Virus record (IMG/VR): IMGVR_UViG_3300043811_000078 | Direction: 5' to 3' (one strand) | DNA: 64,000 nucleotides | Source: an uncultured virus (IMG/VR IMGVR_UViG_3300043811_000078) | Lineage: Duplodnaviria > Heunggongvirae > Uroviricota > Caudoviricetes | Shown here: one piece after another, positions 28,026 to 36,728 of the stretch | Layout of the letters: the number at the start of each line of letters is the position of its first letter | Numbering within the stretch: the first letter of the stretch is position 1 | Position numbers and translations under genes: made by a program | The notes under the pieces: generated by a model | Database searches by the model: none | Told to the model about the DNA's origin: nothing | What the model saw: the letters and a program-made list of their open reading frames with translations, nothing else

Positions 28026-28078
28026 GCGTACCTGATTCAGGTGTGATCTTCAGTTTCAGCTTGCGCTCGCGGAGAAGT

Positions 28079-28813
28079 CTACGCGGCGAACAGCCAGGAG
28101 AAGACAGCCTCGCCGGCCTTCTGATCGGCGACCTCGACGCCGTTGGCCTCCTCGCGGGCGAACTTCACCGCATGCTGGAGCGCCGTGACGCGGCCCAGCA
28201 GCGTCCGGACCCGCGACGCGGGGAGGGCGCCGGAGAACTTAACTGTCGTCCAGTCACCCTCGGGCACGTCCTCCATGTACACCTGCACCTGCGCCGGGTG
28301 TTCCTTGGTCGCCTCGGCGAGAGTGTGGTTGCGGGGGATCTTCTTGCCGCGCACCGTCTTGACGGGAGGCGTCGCGTAGCAGCCCCGCGCCGAGTCGAAC
28401 GCCCACTCTTCCGAGGGGTCGAGCACGGGGAGCTTGGCGACGAAGGTGTGCAGGTCGGTGAGCTGCTTCTCCAGGAACAGCAGGTAGGTGACCGGCACGT
28501 CGCGCAGGATCGTCTCCCCTTCGACGGTGACGTCGGCGCGGGCCGCCGTGTTGGCGTGGTCCTTCGTCAACGTGATGTCGAACAGCCGCGTCATCGCCGC
28601 CGCGGCTTCCGCCAGCACGTCCGGCGCGGTGGCCTGGACCCTCGTGGATTCTGCGGGGAGCTGGTCGCCGTCGTCGGCGCGCGGCTGGTAGGTGCGCGAG
28701 ATGCCGGACAGTAGCTGGGGTTTCTGCACGTCCCGGTGCAGGTCGGTGATGCGCCGGGAGGCGTCGGACTTGACGCCCTTCTCGACGGCGATGATCTGGC
28801 TGAGTCTCGTCAT
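28079..28813 (-). CDS. Conserved-looking hypothetical protein directly upstream of the tRNA-like RNAs
   Basis: MTRLSQIIAVEKGVKS...VPVTYLLFLEKQL...AVKFAREEAN; strong codon bias. Confidence 0.85.
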   Translation of the reverse strand: MTRLSQIIAVEKGVKSDASRRITDLHRDVQKPQLLSGISRTYQPRADDGDQLPAESTRVQATAPDVLAEAAAAMTRLFDITLTKDHANTAARADVTVEGETILRDVPVTYLLFLEKQLTDLHTFVAKLPVLDPSEEWAFDSARGCYATPPVKTVRGKKIPRNHTLAEATKEHPAQVQVYMEDVPEGDWTTVKFSGALPASRVRTLLGRVTALQHAVKFAREEANGVEVADQKAGEAVFSWLFAA

Positions 28814-28936
28814 GGGTACAGATCGTAGTCCCGCATCGCCCTTATCCCGGAACGCAGAAAACCGCCCCCGCCGCCAGTCCGCGAGGACCGGCGGCGGGGG
28901 GCGGCATGCGTGAGGGCTGCTGGCCGCGTCCGGTGC

Positions 28937-29221
28937 CTACATGCCAGGGGCAAGCTCCCCGGCGATCCGCGTGATCACCTTCACGGCGTCGCCGAGCGCG
29001 GCGCTTGCCGCTGCCACTTCCGGGGACGCGGCCGGGTCGATCGTCTTCACGACCGTTTCGAGGGTGGTCGCGACGGTCGCCAGGGACGGGGCGGCCTCGC
29101 GGAGCTTGGCCACGTCGGCGCGGAGGGCGGCCAGTTCCGGGGCGATGTCCCGTTCGAACCAGGAGCGGATGTGCGCTAGCGGCCCCGGTGTCTCTGCGGC
29201 TGATCCGGCAGTGTCGGTCAT
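28937..29221 (-). CDS. Hypothetical protein
   Basis: RBS GAAAGGA; followed by a hairpin at 28862-28904. Confidence 0.6.
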   Translation of the reverse strand: MTDTAGSAAETPGPLAHIRSWFERDIAPELAALRADVAKLREAAPSLATVATTLETVVKTIDPAASPEVAAASAALGDAVKVITRIAGELAPGM

Positions 29222-29273
29222 GGGGGTTCCTTTCGTCGGTGGAATGTCAGTGAGGGGCGTTATCGTGGCTTCT

Positions 29274-29717
29274 ATGCCGTCGCGTGATTACGGGCCGCAC
29301 CAGCTAGCGGACCATCTCGGCACCTGGCACAGCCAGGTCGACCGGGCGCGGGACTTCGGGCTGCTCCCGGCACCCGACCGGCCGCGCGGACGCTGGTCGG
29401 CTGAGGCAGCAGAAGACATCCGTGAACGGTGGCCCGAGATCAAGGCGGCGACCGAGTGCACCGGCGCGGCCGGGCTGAAGAAACGCGGCTGGACAGAGGC
29501 GATGATCCGGGACCTGCTCGGCGCCCCGGATCTGCACGTGAAGAACCCGCACGTCTCCAGCGCCGCCCCGATGAGGCTGTGGCGCGTCCAGAGGGCCGCG
29601 GCGATCGAAGCCACACCGGAGTTCGCGCAGCGGCAGGAGCGTGCCCTGCGGTCGTGCGCAGCCGCCGCCAGGGCGTCGGAGACCCGGAAGATCTGGAAGG
29701 TGCTCGGGGGCAGCTAA
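29274..29717 (+). CDS. Hypothetical protein, possibly DNA-binding
   Basis: LKKRGWTEAMIRDLLGAPD...NPH...APMRLW. Confidence 0.6.
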   Translation: MPSRDYGPHQLADHLGTWHSQVDRARDFGLLPAPDRPRGRWSAEAAEDIRERWPEIKAATECTGAAGLKKRGWTEAMIRDLLGAPDLHVKNPHVSSAAPMRLWRVQRAAAIEATPEFAQRQERALRSCAAAARASETRKIWKVLGGS

Positions 29718-29808
29718 CTCCCCGGTGGCTTCGCTACTTCGGTTGACATGCGCGCTCCATTGCGGCATTATTGGTGATGTCAGCAAAGAGCAACCCGAGG
29801 AGCACCAG

Positions 29809-30094
29809 ATGAGCTGGACGTACCGCGCTGTCCCGGCCTCCGAAGTCCCGGACAGCATCGTATTTACCACCCCCGCACGCAACACGGGGCAGATAGTCGA
29901 AGTCAGCTACTCGCGAGGCATCCCCGCCGGGCGCGCGCGGGATATGGGGACAGCTCCTATATCGAGACGGGCGTCTCACCATCCCCGCCGGGCGCGCGCG
30001 GGATATGGAAGCCGGCGACGGCGACCCGTGGATGCGCGTCACCGACCGCTCTGACCGCTCCGTGACCTTCTACCGTCGCGACGGGCGGGCATGA
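29809..30094 (+). pseudogene. 74-aa gene disrupted by a 61-bp repeat-spacer insertion
   Basis: Promoter TTGACA at 29743, RBS GAGGAG; removing 61 nt restores an ORF ending just before the next ATG at 30096. Confidence 0.8.
29919..30008. repeat. Direct repeat pair at 61-nt period (repeat-spacer-repeat unit)
   Basis: CATCCCCGCCGGGCGCGCGCGGGATATG(G) at 29919 and 29980. Confidence 0.95.
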
Positions 30095-30095
30095 C

Positions 30096-30398
30096 ATGAC
30101 CGTCACCATCACCCAGACAGGCATCCCGAGCCGCAGCAAGATGGCCGGCCCGTGCTGGATCCGGATCGGCGCGACCTATGCCAGCACCACCGCCCGCGAG
30201 ATCGACGCCGTGCCGGGCGACATCATCACGGCCGAGGGCAAACTCCACGTCCGGCGCGCCAGCGGCAGGTCCGAGGAACTCCGCGAGACATGGCAACTCC
30301 GGGTCACCGGCAGCCCCGCCGACACCGCCGAGCTGACCGTCACCCCCTACGGCCAGACCGTTACCGCCGTCGTGACCGGCGCGGTCCTGGTGCCGTGA
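30096..30398 (+). CDS. Hypothetical protein
   Basis: Operonic; codon bias. Confidence 0.6.
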   Translation: MTVTITQTGIPSRSKMAGPCWIRIGATYASTTAREIDAVPGDIITAEGKLHVRRASGRSEELRETWQLRVTGSPADTAELTVTPYGQTVTAVVTGAVLVP

Positions 30399-30814
30399 CC
30401 CGCAAGACGGACGAAGGCAAGCGGGCGCAAGCCCGGCAGCTCTACGCGACGACGCTGACCACGCGGGCCATCGCCGCCCGGCTCGGCGTCGACCCGCGTA
30501 CAGTGCAGCGGTGGCTCGGCGACGCGACGCGCCCGCGCGGTCCGCGCAAGCGCCCCGATGTGCCCGACAGCAAGATCGTCGAGCTGCGCGAGCGGGAGGG
30601 CCTGTCGTTCGCCGCGATAGCTGCCCTCACCGGCATGTCGGCGACGGGCGCACGGAACCGGTACTGGGCGATCACCGGCAGGCCGCGAGCCGAGCGGAAG
30701 CCGGGGGACCAGGACGCGCCGCCGCACGCGAACGGCGCGGCTCACACCCCGAGCAGCACAGGCCAGGTCGCCGGCCCGACCACCCCGTCGGCGACGATCC
30801 CGGCGCCCGACTGA
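30395..30814 (+). CDS. Tandem HTH DNA-binding protein
   Basis: TTRAIAARLGVDPRTVQRWL; GLSFAAIAALTGMSATGARNRY. Confidence 0.75.
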   Translation: MTRKTDEGKRAQARQLYATTLTTRAIAARLGVDPRTVQRWLGDATRPRGPRKRPDVPDSKIVELREREGLSFAAIAALTGMSATGARNRYWAITGRPRAERKPGDQDAPPHANGAAHTPSSTGQVAGPTTPSATIPAPD

Positions 30815-31593
30815 ACGTTCCTGACCGCCATCTGGGTCACAGGCCCGAAATCCCCGTCGACGGCGATCAGGTGCCCTCGCGAGACGCAGAGCCCCTGTAC
30901 GGTCCGCACAGCGGCGGCGTCGGCACTTCCGGCTGTGACCTCGGGTAGCTGCTGCATCATGGCCTCCTGCCAGTCAGGTACGGGACGCGGGCCGGCCGGC
31001 GCGGGCTTCCCCGCACGCCCCGCGATCCACGCGTCAAGCTCCGCCCTCGTCCCGTTGAACGCGTCGTGGTCGAGGTTCCCCGGTGAACCCCACTGCCAGA
31101 AACGCCAGGTGCCCCACGGTGCGACCAGCGCCGGGGCGGTAGCTGACGGCCACGCCACCCACAGGTCATAGCCGGTGCACGAGGTCAGCGCCTTCGCCAC
31201 GGTCAGGTCCGAGTAGACCAGCACCGGGGAAGCCGGGGCGGCAGCATGGACAGAATCGCAGAACGCTTTGACTTCGCTGTCCGTCACGCCCTGGTAGTCC
31301 GAGACAACGACCGCCAGCATGTCGCCAGCCTCCAGGCCCTCCGCGATCACGGTCGCCAGGAAGTACCGGGCCTGGACCAGCCCGGACGCCGCAGCCGGGG
31401 ACACCAGCTCGTGGTAGGCACCTCTGCGGATGCCCGCCGCCTTCACCGCCGCCCAGTTCCGGGCGAAGTTCGCGTCCGCGAGCTGGTCGCCGTTCGTGGC
31501 CTTGCAGAACGCGAAGTCGAGCCCTTCCAGGGCGGCCGGGGTCAGCGGAGGCTGATAGGCCGAGACATCGATCCCCTGCGCGCTAGCAGTCAT
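30742..31593 (-). CDS. Endolysin (GH25 muramidase plus peptidoglycan-binding domain)
   Basis: GIDVSAYQ, FAFCKAT, RGAYH, WRFWQW; VDGDFGPVT...ADGVVGPATW. Confidence 0.92.
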   Translation of the reverse strand: MTASAQGIDVSAYQPPLTPAALEGLDFAFCKATNGDQLADANFARNWAAVKAAGIRRGAYHELVSPAAASGLVQARYFLATVIAEGLEAGDMLAVVVSDYQGVTDSEVKAFCDSVHAAAPASPVLVYSDLTVAKALTSCTGYDLWVAWPSATAPALVAPWGTWRFWQWGSPGNLDHDAFNGTRAELDAWIAGRAGKPAPAGPRPVPDWQEAMMQQLPEVTAGSADAAAVRTVQGLCVSRGHLIAVDGDFGPVTQMAVRNVQSGAGIVADGVVGPATWPVLLGV

Positions 31594-31676
31594 GTGACGG
31601 GCCTCTCATGTACGGGGTGGCCGGGGCCACATGGTGATGACGATGACGACCGCGATAGCGATCCAGAGCGCGACGG

Positions 31677-32153
31677 TCATGCCGGCGCAGCGCCCGGACT
31701 CCCCGCGGCCTGCGCGCTGAGAAGCTGGTGGACCGCGGCGGTGAGATCATGGACCTTCTGCGTCAGCTCCGTGTTCGCCGCGATCGCCGCCGTCAGGCCC
31801 GACTCAAGCTCGGCGTCCCGGTCCTCGGCTGCCTGGATCCCTGCGAGAGTCGCCTCAAGGTTCCGCTCGCTGCGGTTCGACGCGGCGGCCACCAGAAACC
31901 CGATGAAGAGCTCAGCTACGGTAGTTATGAGATTCAAGGGGAAGTTGAATCCCTGGCTGGTGAACCACGCGGGCAGCCACGTGCCGGCCGCGATGCGGGA
32001 CCCGCCGAACGCGAAGATCCCCGTCCACGCGATCACCGCCAGCAGCCAGATCATGATGTTGGCGGGGCGTCCCATCGCCGCGGAAACATAGTCCGCGACC
32101 TTCAGGAACGCCGACTCCCGCTCGGGGGCGTCTTGCTTCGCGGGATCCGTCAT
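31677..32153 (-). CDS. DUF1003/Fet4-like membrane protein
   Basis: ADYVSAAMGRP...FPLNLITTVAELFIGFLVAAASNRSE. Confidence 0.65.
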   Translation of the reverse strand: MTDPAKQDAPERESAFLKVADYVSAAMGRPANIMIWLLAVIAWTGIFAFGGSRIAAGTWLPAWFTSQGFNFPLNLITTVAELFIGFLVAAASNRSERNLEATLAGIQAAEDRDAELESGLTAAIAANTELTQKVHDLTAAVHQLLSAQAAGSPGAAPA

Positions 32154-32590
32154 GCGGCACCTCCGGGCAGTAGCAAGCTGCACGCCACCACGACCAGGGC
32201 GACAGCGGCGAGCAGGGCGAACGTCTCCAGCAGCGCGAGGCCGAGGCCGCGGTTAGGCCGCATCCCGGCGACCGCGATACCGATCGCGGCGATGAACAGG
32301 GCCGACGCGGCGATCTCCGCCGGGCCGGTGCCGAACGCGAACGGGACAGCGGGCAGCGCCGCCCCGGCGAAGGTCGCCAGCGCCATCACGCCGGACGCTG
32401 GCAGGCCACTGTCGGAGTCGGAGAGGAACTCCCCGCCTCCCATGCTCACCGCGCTGCTGAGGGCTCCGGAGACTGCCGTGGGGAAGATCAGCGCCGGATG
32501 AGTGATCAGCAGGTAGATGATGACGCCGAGCAGGCTCGCGCAGCCGTCGAAGCTCCCGAGCACGGCCGGGCGGGTGAGGGAAGCCTTCAC
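32150..32590 (-). CDS. VIT1/CCC1-like membrane protein
   Basis: AVLGSFDG...AVSMGGGEFLS...ALPAVPF. Confidence 0.75.
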   Translation of the reverse strand: MKASLTRPAVLGSFDGCASLLGVIIYLLITHPALIFPTAVSGALSSAVSMGGGEFLSDSDSGLPASGVMALATFAGAALPAVPFAFGTGPAEIAASALFIAAIGIAVAGMRPNRGLGLALLETFALLAAVALVVVACSLLLPGGAA

Positions 32591-33027
32591 TCGGGGTTGA
32601 TGTCGCCGCGGAACGATGTGCGCCGGTCCACACCGGTGCCGAACTCGCGGACGAGGTACGGGTCGTTGCCGGGGCCGTGACTCGGCGCGTACGGCCTGAC
32701 GGCGTGCTCGCTGCCCGGCGAGTCGCGAATCGCGAAGAACTCCATCGCCTCGTGCCGCTCCACGAGCAGGAACTGATCGAACAGCCACCGCTGCCACGAC
32801 CTGGCATCGAAGGCGGCAGGGGGGACGGGCATGTAGTGGTTGACGCGGTAGTTCTCGCCGCGCCCCGGATGATAGCTGTCGTAGCCGCGGGTGGTGATGA
32901 TCAGGGTCAGGCCCGCACTGCCCTGCCCGCGGTCGATGTCGGCCAGTTCGAATGTCCAGCCGGGCCGGTACCTCAGCCGGTCGACCAGGTATTTCAGCGG
33001 CTCCGGGTCGGGGGCTTCCTGCCTCAC
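32587..33027 (-). CDS. Hypothetical phage protein
   Basis: VERHEAMEFF...PYAPSHGPG. Confidence 0.6.
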   Translation of the reverse strand: MRQEAPDPEPLKYLVDRLRYRPGWTFELADIDRGQGSAGLTLIITTRGYDSYHPGRGENYRVNHYMPVPPAAFDARSWQRWLFDQFLLVERHEAMEFFAIRDSPGSEHAVRPYAPSHGPGNDPYLVREFGTGVDRRTSFRGDINPE

Positions 33028-33587
33028 ACGTCCACCAGCTTTCCGTCGCGAATCCAGCCATGCCAGCCCGTCGGCGCGTTGTGCCAGATCGACGGGCTGA
33101 CGGTGATACCCGGCGGCGTTCCGGTGACTGCCCAGAAGCCGCCGCCCCTGGCTTTCTGGGTGGTGATCCACTCACCGCCGCCGGGGAGCGCGATGATCCA
33201 CGACTCGCCGGGCTGCCCGGCGTACTCGTCGCACCAGGACGCCCGGATCATCGCGCCTGGCGGCGCGGTGCTCCCGAACGAGCCGCGGAAGGTGAACTCG
33301 GCACCATCAGGCAGCCGGTAGATCCCGCTGTCGTTCCGCTGCCAGCGATCCTCGGCGGCGAACACGTAACCGCATCCGCACGCGGACGGCCAGCGGGGAT
33401 CATCGTGCGGCCAGTTGTCGCCGGATGCTTCTGCGCGTTCGGACTCGTCGACGTCGCCTATGTCGGCGCTCGCATTGTGGTAGCCGCCAGCGGCACAGTC
33501 GCGGTCGGCGGAGAGCACGTACCGCCGCAGCGAGCGCCGGTAGCGTCCGGTGGGCTCGGCGATGCGGAGCGGGATGCCGGTCGTCAT
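33024..33587 (-). CDS. Hypothetical protein with DUF6527-like C-terminus
   Basis: ITVSPSIW...WHGWIRDG. Confidence 0.55.
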   Translation of the reverse strand: MTTGIPLRIAEPTGRYRRSLRRYVLSADRDCAAGGYHNASADIGDVDESERAEASGDNWPHDDPRWPSACGCGYVFAAEDRWQRNDSGIYRLPDGAEFTFRGSFGSTAPPGAMIRASWCDEYAGQPGESWIIALPGGGEWITTQKARGGGFWAVTGTPPGITVSPSIWHNAPTGWHGWIRDGKLVDV

Positions 33588-33926
33588 GCCTGCACGTCCA
33601 GCGTCACGACCAGCCCGCCCGCTTCCGGTAGCACGAGGTCACCGGGCACCCCGAGTCTCCGCAGCTCCTCGCACCACGCCTCTACGTCGGCCAGCGTGTA
33701 CCGGCGCCGGGGCAGCGCCCTCTCGTCCAGCTCCCAGTAGTCAGATTCCTCGGGGCCTGTTGCCTGGCAGGTGACCGTGCGCGTGCAGGTCTCACCGGGG
33801 CGGTGGTCGGGCGCCGGGCCGGGATGGTGCTTCACCTCGACGCCTCCCCGTGCATCTCGATCAGGTGCGTGGCGAGAAACCGGGCATGGACGAACCAGCG
33901 CCCGCACCGGTAGCAGGTCCAGCCGC

Positions 33927-34556
33927 TCACTTCGACGGCGCCGCTGCCTGCGCCGCGAACGCCTGCACGGCCAGCGGGTGACAGGCGTCGAGGATGTGCG
34001 GTACGGCCGCCGCCTCGGCGGCGGCGTGCTCACCGTGGAGCGCCGAGCCGGGCGTGGCCCACAGGACATGCACCCGGCCGTCCCCGGATCCGCGAGGGCC
34101 GGCGGGAGCGACGGCCGCGGGATGCCCCTCCTCGTCGGTCACCCAGAGCCGGAAATCGTCGCGCCTGGTGAGCTGGATATCCCAGATGCTCTTGGGGTAG
34201 TGATGCCAGCCGCCGACCGCCTGATGATCGGACACGACGCCCTGGTGCATCCCCGGTGAGAGCGGGACGCAGGCGTTGAACAGGCTGTCGGTCCACCGCG
34301 CGACGCCGGGATGGTCCGTGATCGGCGCGGCAAGGATCTTGCGGCACTCGGCGTAGCCGAGGCGTTCCATCTCGTCGAGCGTCTCCGGGAACCGCGCGTA
34401 GAGCCGCTGCGCGTTCTGCCGGAGGGCATCGACCTTCGCCGGGTCGGCGGACCACTGGGCGGACCACTCCACCCCGGCGATGTTCAGGAGCAGGAACCAT
34501 TCGCCGTCGAAAACCCACAGGCTCCCGGCATGATGGGCCTGGACGGGTGCCGTCAT
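33927..34556 (-). CDS. DUF6424-like protein, C-terminal part
   Basis: HHAGSLW...GVEWSAQWSADPAKVD. Confidence 0.6.
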   Translation of the reverse strand: MTAPVQAHHAGSLWVFDGEWFLLLNIAGVEWSAQWSADPAKVDALRQNAQRLYARFPETLDEMERLGYAECRKILAAPITDHPGVARWTDSLFNACVPLSPGMHQGVVSDHQAVGGWHHYPKSIWDIQLTRRDDFRLWVTDEEGHPAAVAPAGPRGSGDGRVHVLWATPGSALHGEHAAAEAAAVPHILDACHPLAVQAFAAQAAAPSK

Positions 34557-34771
34557 TCGGAGATCGCCCCTATCAGGCTGAAGCCGCCCGGAGCCTGCCC
34601 GGCTATCGCGGCGAGGATCCTGTGCATCGCTTCCTTTGCCCGGCGGAAGCCTGGTGACTCCGTGCGGCCCGGATGGTCAGGGATCTCGATCGACCAGGGC
34701 TCATCCTCGCGCTCCGTGTGATTCGACTCTGCCTGCTCGGCTGCGGCTACCGGTTCAGGGATGGCCATCAT
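34553..34771 (-). CDS. DUF6424-like N-terminal fragment
   Basis: PWSIEIPDHPGRTESPGF. Confidence 0.55.
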   Translation of the reverse strand: MMAIPEPVAAAEQAESNHTEREDEPWSIEIPDHPGRTESPGFRRAKEAMHRILAAIAGQAPGGFSLIGAISE

Positions 34772-35114
34772 GCCGCCTCTCGCCGCTGTCCTCGAAGTAC
34801 CGGCGCCCGCGCCGTCTTCCGTGCCACTGCGCCTTGATGAGCACCTTCGTGATCCAGCCGATCCCTACGACGGCCACGGATACCGCCGCGACCTGGAACC
34901 AGGCGAACGGGGCGCTGTCGGCGGTGGACAGCCCGAACGGGTGCCGGAGAAGCTCCGCCAGCGACACGAGCCAGAACCCGGTCGACATGACCATCAGGGC
35001 GCGCCCGGCCGGGTTCCTGAACCAGGGGGCCAGGAGCATGTAAGCCGACCCGAAAACGCTCAGGGCGGCGAACGCCGCCACGAACACGGCGCTGGTGAGG
35101 ATGCCGGGCGGCAT
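34755..35114 (-). CDS. Putative holin-like membrane protein
   Basis: Three TM segments; PWFRNPAGRALM. Confidence 0.6.
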   Translation of the reverse strand: MPPGILTSAVFVAAFAALSVFGSAYMLLAPWFRNPAGRALMVMSTGFWLVSLAELLRHPFGLSTADSAPFAWFQVAAVSVAVVGIGWITKVLIKAQWHGRRRGRRYFEDSGERRHDGHP

Positions 35115-35446
35115 CACGGGTCTTCCGGAGGTTTCGGCCGCCCGCGCCACTGGACCTTGAGCACGAACCACACCCGCCACCAGGTGGCGAGACCGACCAC
35201 GGCGATAGAGGCGACGAAATACCAGGCGTAACCGATGCTCGCCAGGGACAGGCCGGTGAGCCGGTGCACGACGGACGGCCCCAGCGCCAGCGTCAGCCCG
35301 GCGTCCATGACGATGAGCGCCCGGCCGATCTCCGTCCGGTACCCGCGCGCCAGCAGGATGTACGCGGCCAGGAACGCCACGCTCCCGGCGCACGCGGCGA
35401 ACACCGCGTCGTTGCCGAGATCCGTCACGAGCTGTGCCTGTGTCAC
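35114..35446 (-). CDS. Putative holin-like membrane protein (paralog of the adjacent gene)
   Basis: Three TM segments; YRTEIGRALI. Confidence 0.6.
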   Translation of the reverse strand: MTQAQLVTDLGNDAVFAACAGSVAFLAAYILLARGYRTEIGRALIVMDAGLTLALGPSVVHRLTGLSLASIGYAWYFVASIAVVGLATWWRVWFVLKVQWRGRPKPPEDP

Positions 35447-35668
35447 GGCCGCTCCCGCCTGACGCTGGCAAGGATCATCTCGGCCAGGTGGTTTTCCCGG
35501 CGCATCGCCCGGAGCTCGGAGATGACGGTGCGCTGCTCATGGGCAGCCGTCTCTGCCGCCGCGGCGTGCGTCTCGCTGGCGCTGGCGAGCCGCTCGCTAG
35601 CTTCCGCCCCGGCCGTGATGGCGCTGCTGACGGCGGCCTTCGCGTCACCCGGCTGCGATGCGCGCTTT

Positions 35669-35989
35669 CTACGGGTGAGGCGCATCGGCTGTCCTCTTCC
35701 GGAGGTCCTCCAGCAGCGCCTGGGCGAGTTTCGCGGTCTCCACCGCCGCGTCGGCCCGCTGGCTCTGCACCAGGGCGGCGGCCCGCAGCTCGTCGTTAGC
35801 GCGCCTCTCCGTCTCGCGCGCGTTCTTTTCCGCCTCGTAGGCCGCTTTCCAGTCCGCGGCATCGCGATCGACTCGTTCGGCGTACGGCTTGGTGACGAGG
35901 ATGCCGGTCAGCAGCAGGATCACGATGATGGCGGTGCCCGCGCCGGCTGAGGACAGGATGCCGGTGAGGATGCCGGAGTCGACTGCCAT
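35669..35989 (-). CDS. Membrane-anchored coiled-coil lysis-region protein
   Basis: N-terminal TM helix, then WKAAYEAEK coiled coil. Confidence 0.65.
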   Translation of the reverse strand: MAVDSGILTGILSSAGAGTAIIVILLLTGILVTKPYAERVDRDAADWKAAYEAEKNARETERRANDELRAAALVQSQRADAAVETAKLAQALLEDLRKRTADAPHP

Positions 35990-36049
35990 GTGCCCCCGCT
36001 CAGGCGTGGTGACGCAGGCGATAGCCGGGCTGCACGTGATCACGGCCCG

Positions 36050-36727
36050 TCAGGGGAAGCCCCCGGTCATCGCCCCGGAGGCGCGGCCGGCGGCGGACGG
36101 GACCTGCGCGATCCACACGCTTGCCAGCCCGACCGGGTCCGCGGCGAGCTTGTCCCAGGTGAGGTCTCCGGTGTCGCTGACGGCCACGGTGACGGACCCG
36201 GAGCCGCTGTAGTCCGCCGAGACCATCGCGACCAGCAAGGTCCCGGCCGGCGGCGTGAACGACGCGGTGGTGATCGTCTTGGCCGACGTGGTGGACACTC
36301 CCGTAGGTGACGAGGCGTCCTCGGCCAGCGTCCCCGCGGCGAGGATCTCGGCGAGGGCTATGTTTCCTTCGCCGCTCGGAATCGTCGGGCCGCTCGCGCC
36401 TGCGGTCACGGGCGTGCCGGACGTGGTGGTGCTGGTGCTGCGGAATGCTCCGTACGCGGCGCCGTGAACCGAGTCCGCGACGTTGGCAGAGAACGTCGTG
36501 GTGGACGCGGCAGTGAACGTCGTGTCGTTGTCGCCCTGGATCACGGCACCGTAGATCCACGATCCGGTGTCATCGGGGGTGATCGACTGCTCGGGCACCG
36601 TGAAGGCGTCGCTGTTCCCGGTCGCCCCGTTCTGCGTGACGGCGGCGTTGTCGAGGACCTTGACGACTAGCAGGATGCCGTTCTCGGAGCCCGACCCGGA
36701 CGCCGTGGCGGTGACGGTGCGGGACAT
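36050..36727 (-). CDS. Virion/tail accessory protein
   Basis: S/T/A/G-rich beta protein in the tail module. Confidence 0.65.
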   Translation of the reverse strand: MSRTVTATASGSGSENGILLVVKVLDNAAVTQNGATGNSDAFTVPEQSITPDDTGSWIYGAVIQGDNDTTFTAASTTTFSANVADSVHGAAYGAFRSTSTTTSGTPVTAGASGPTIPSGEGNIALAEILAAGTLAEDASSPTGVSTTSAKTITTASFTPPAGTLLVAMVSADYSGSGSVTVAVSDTGDLTWDKLAADPVGLASVWIAQVPSAAGRASGAMTGGFP

Positions 36728-36728
36728 G

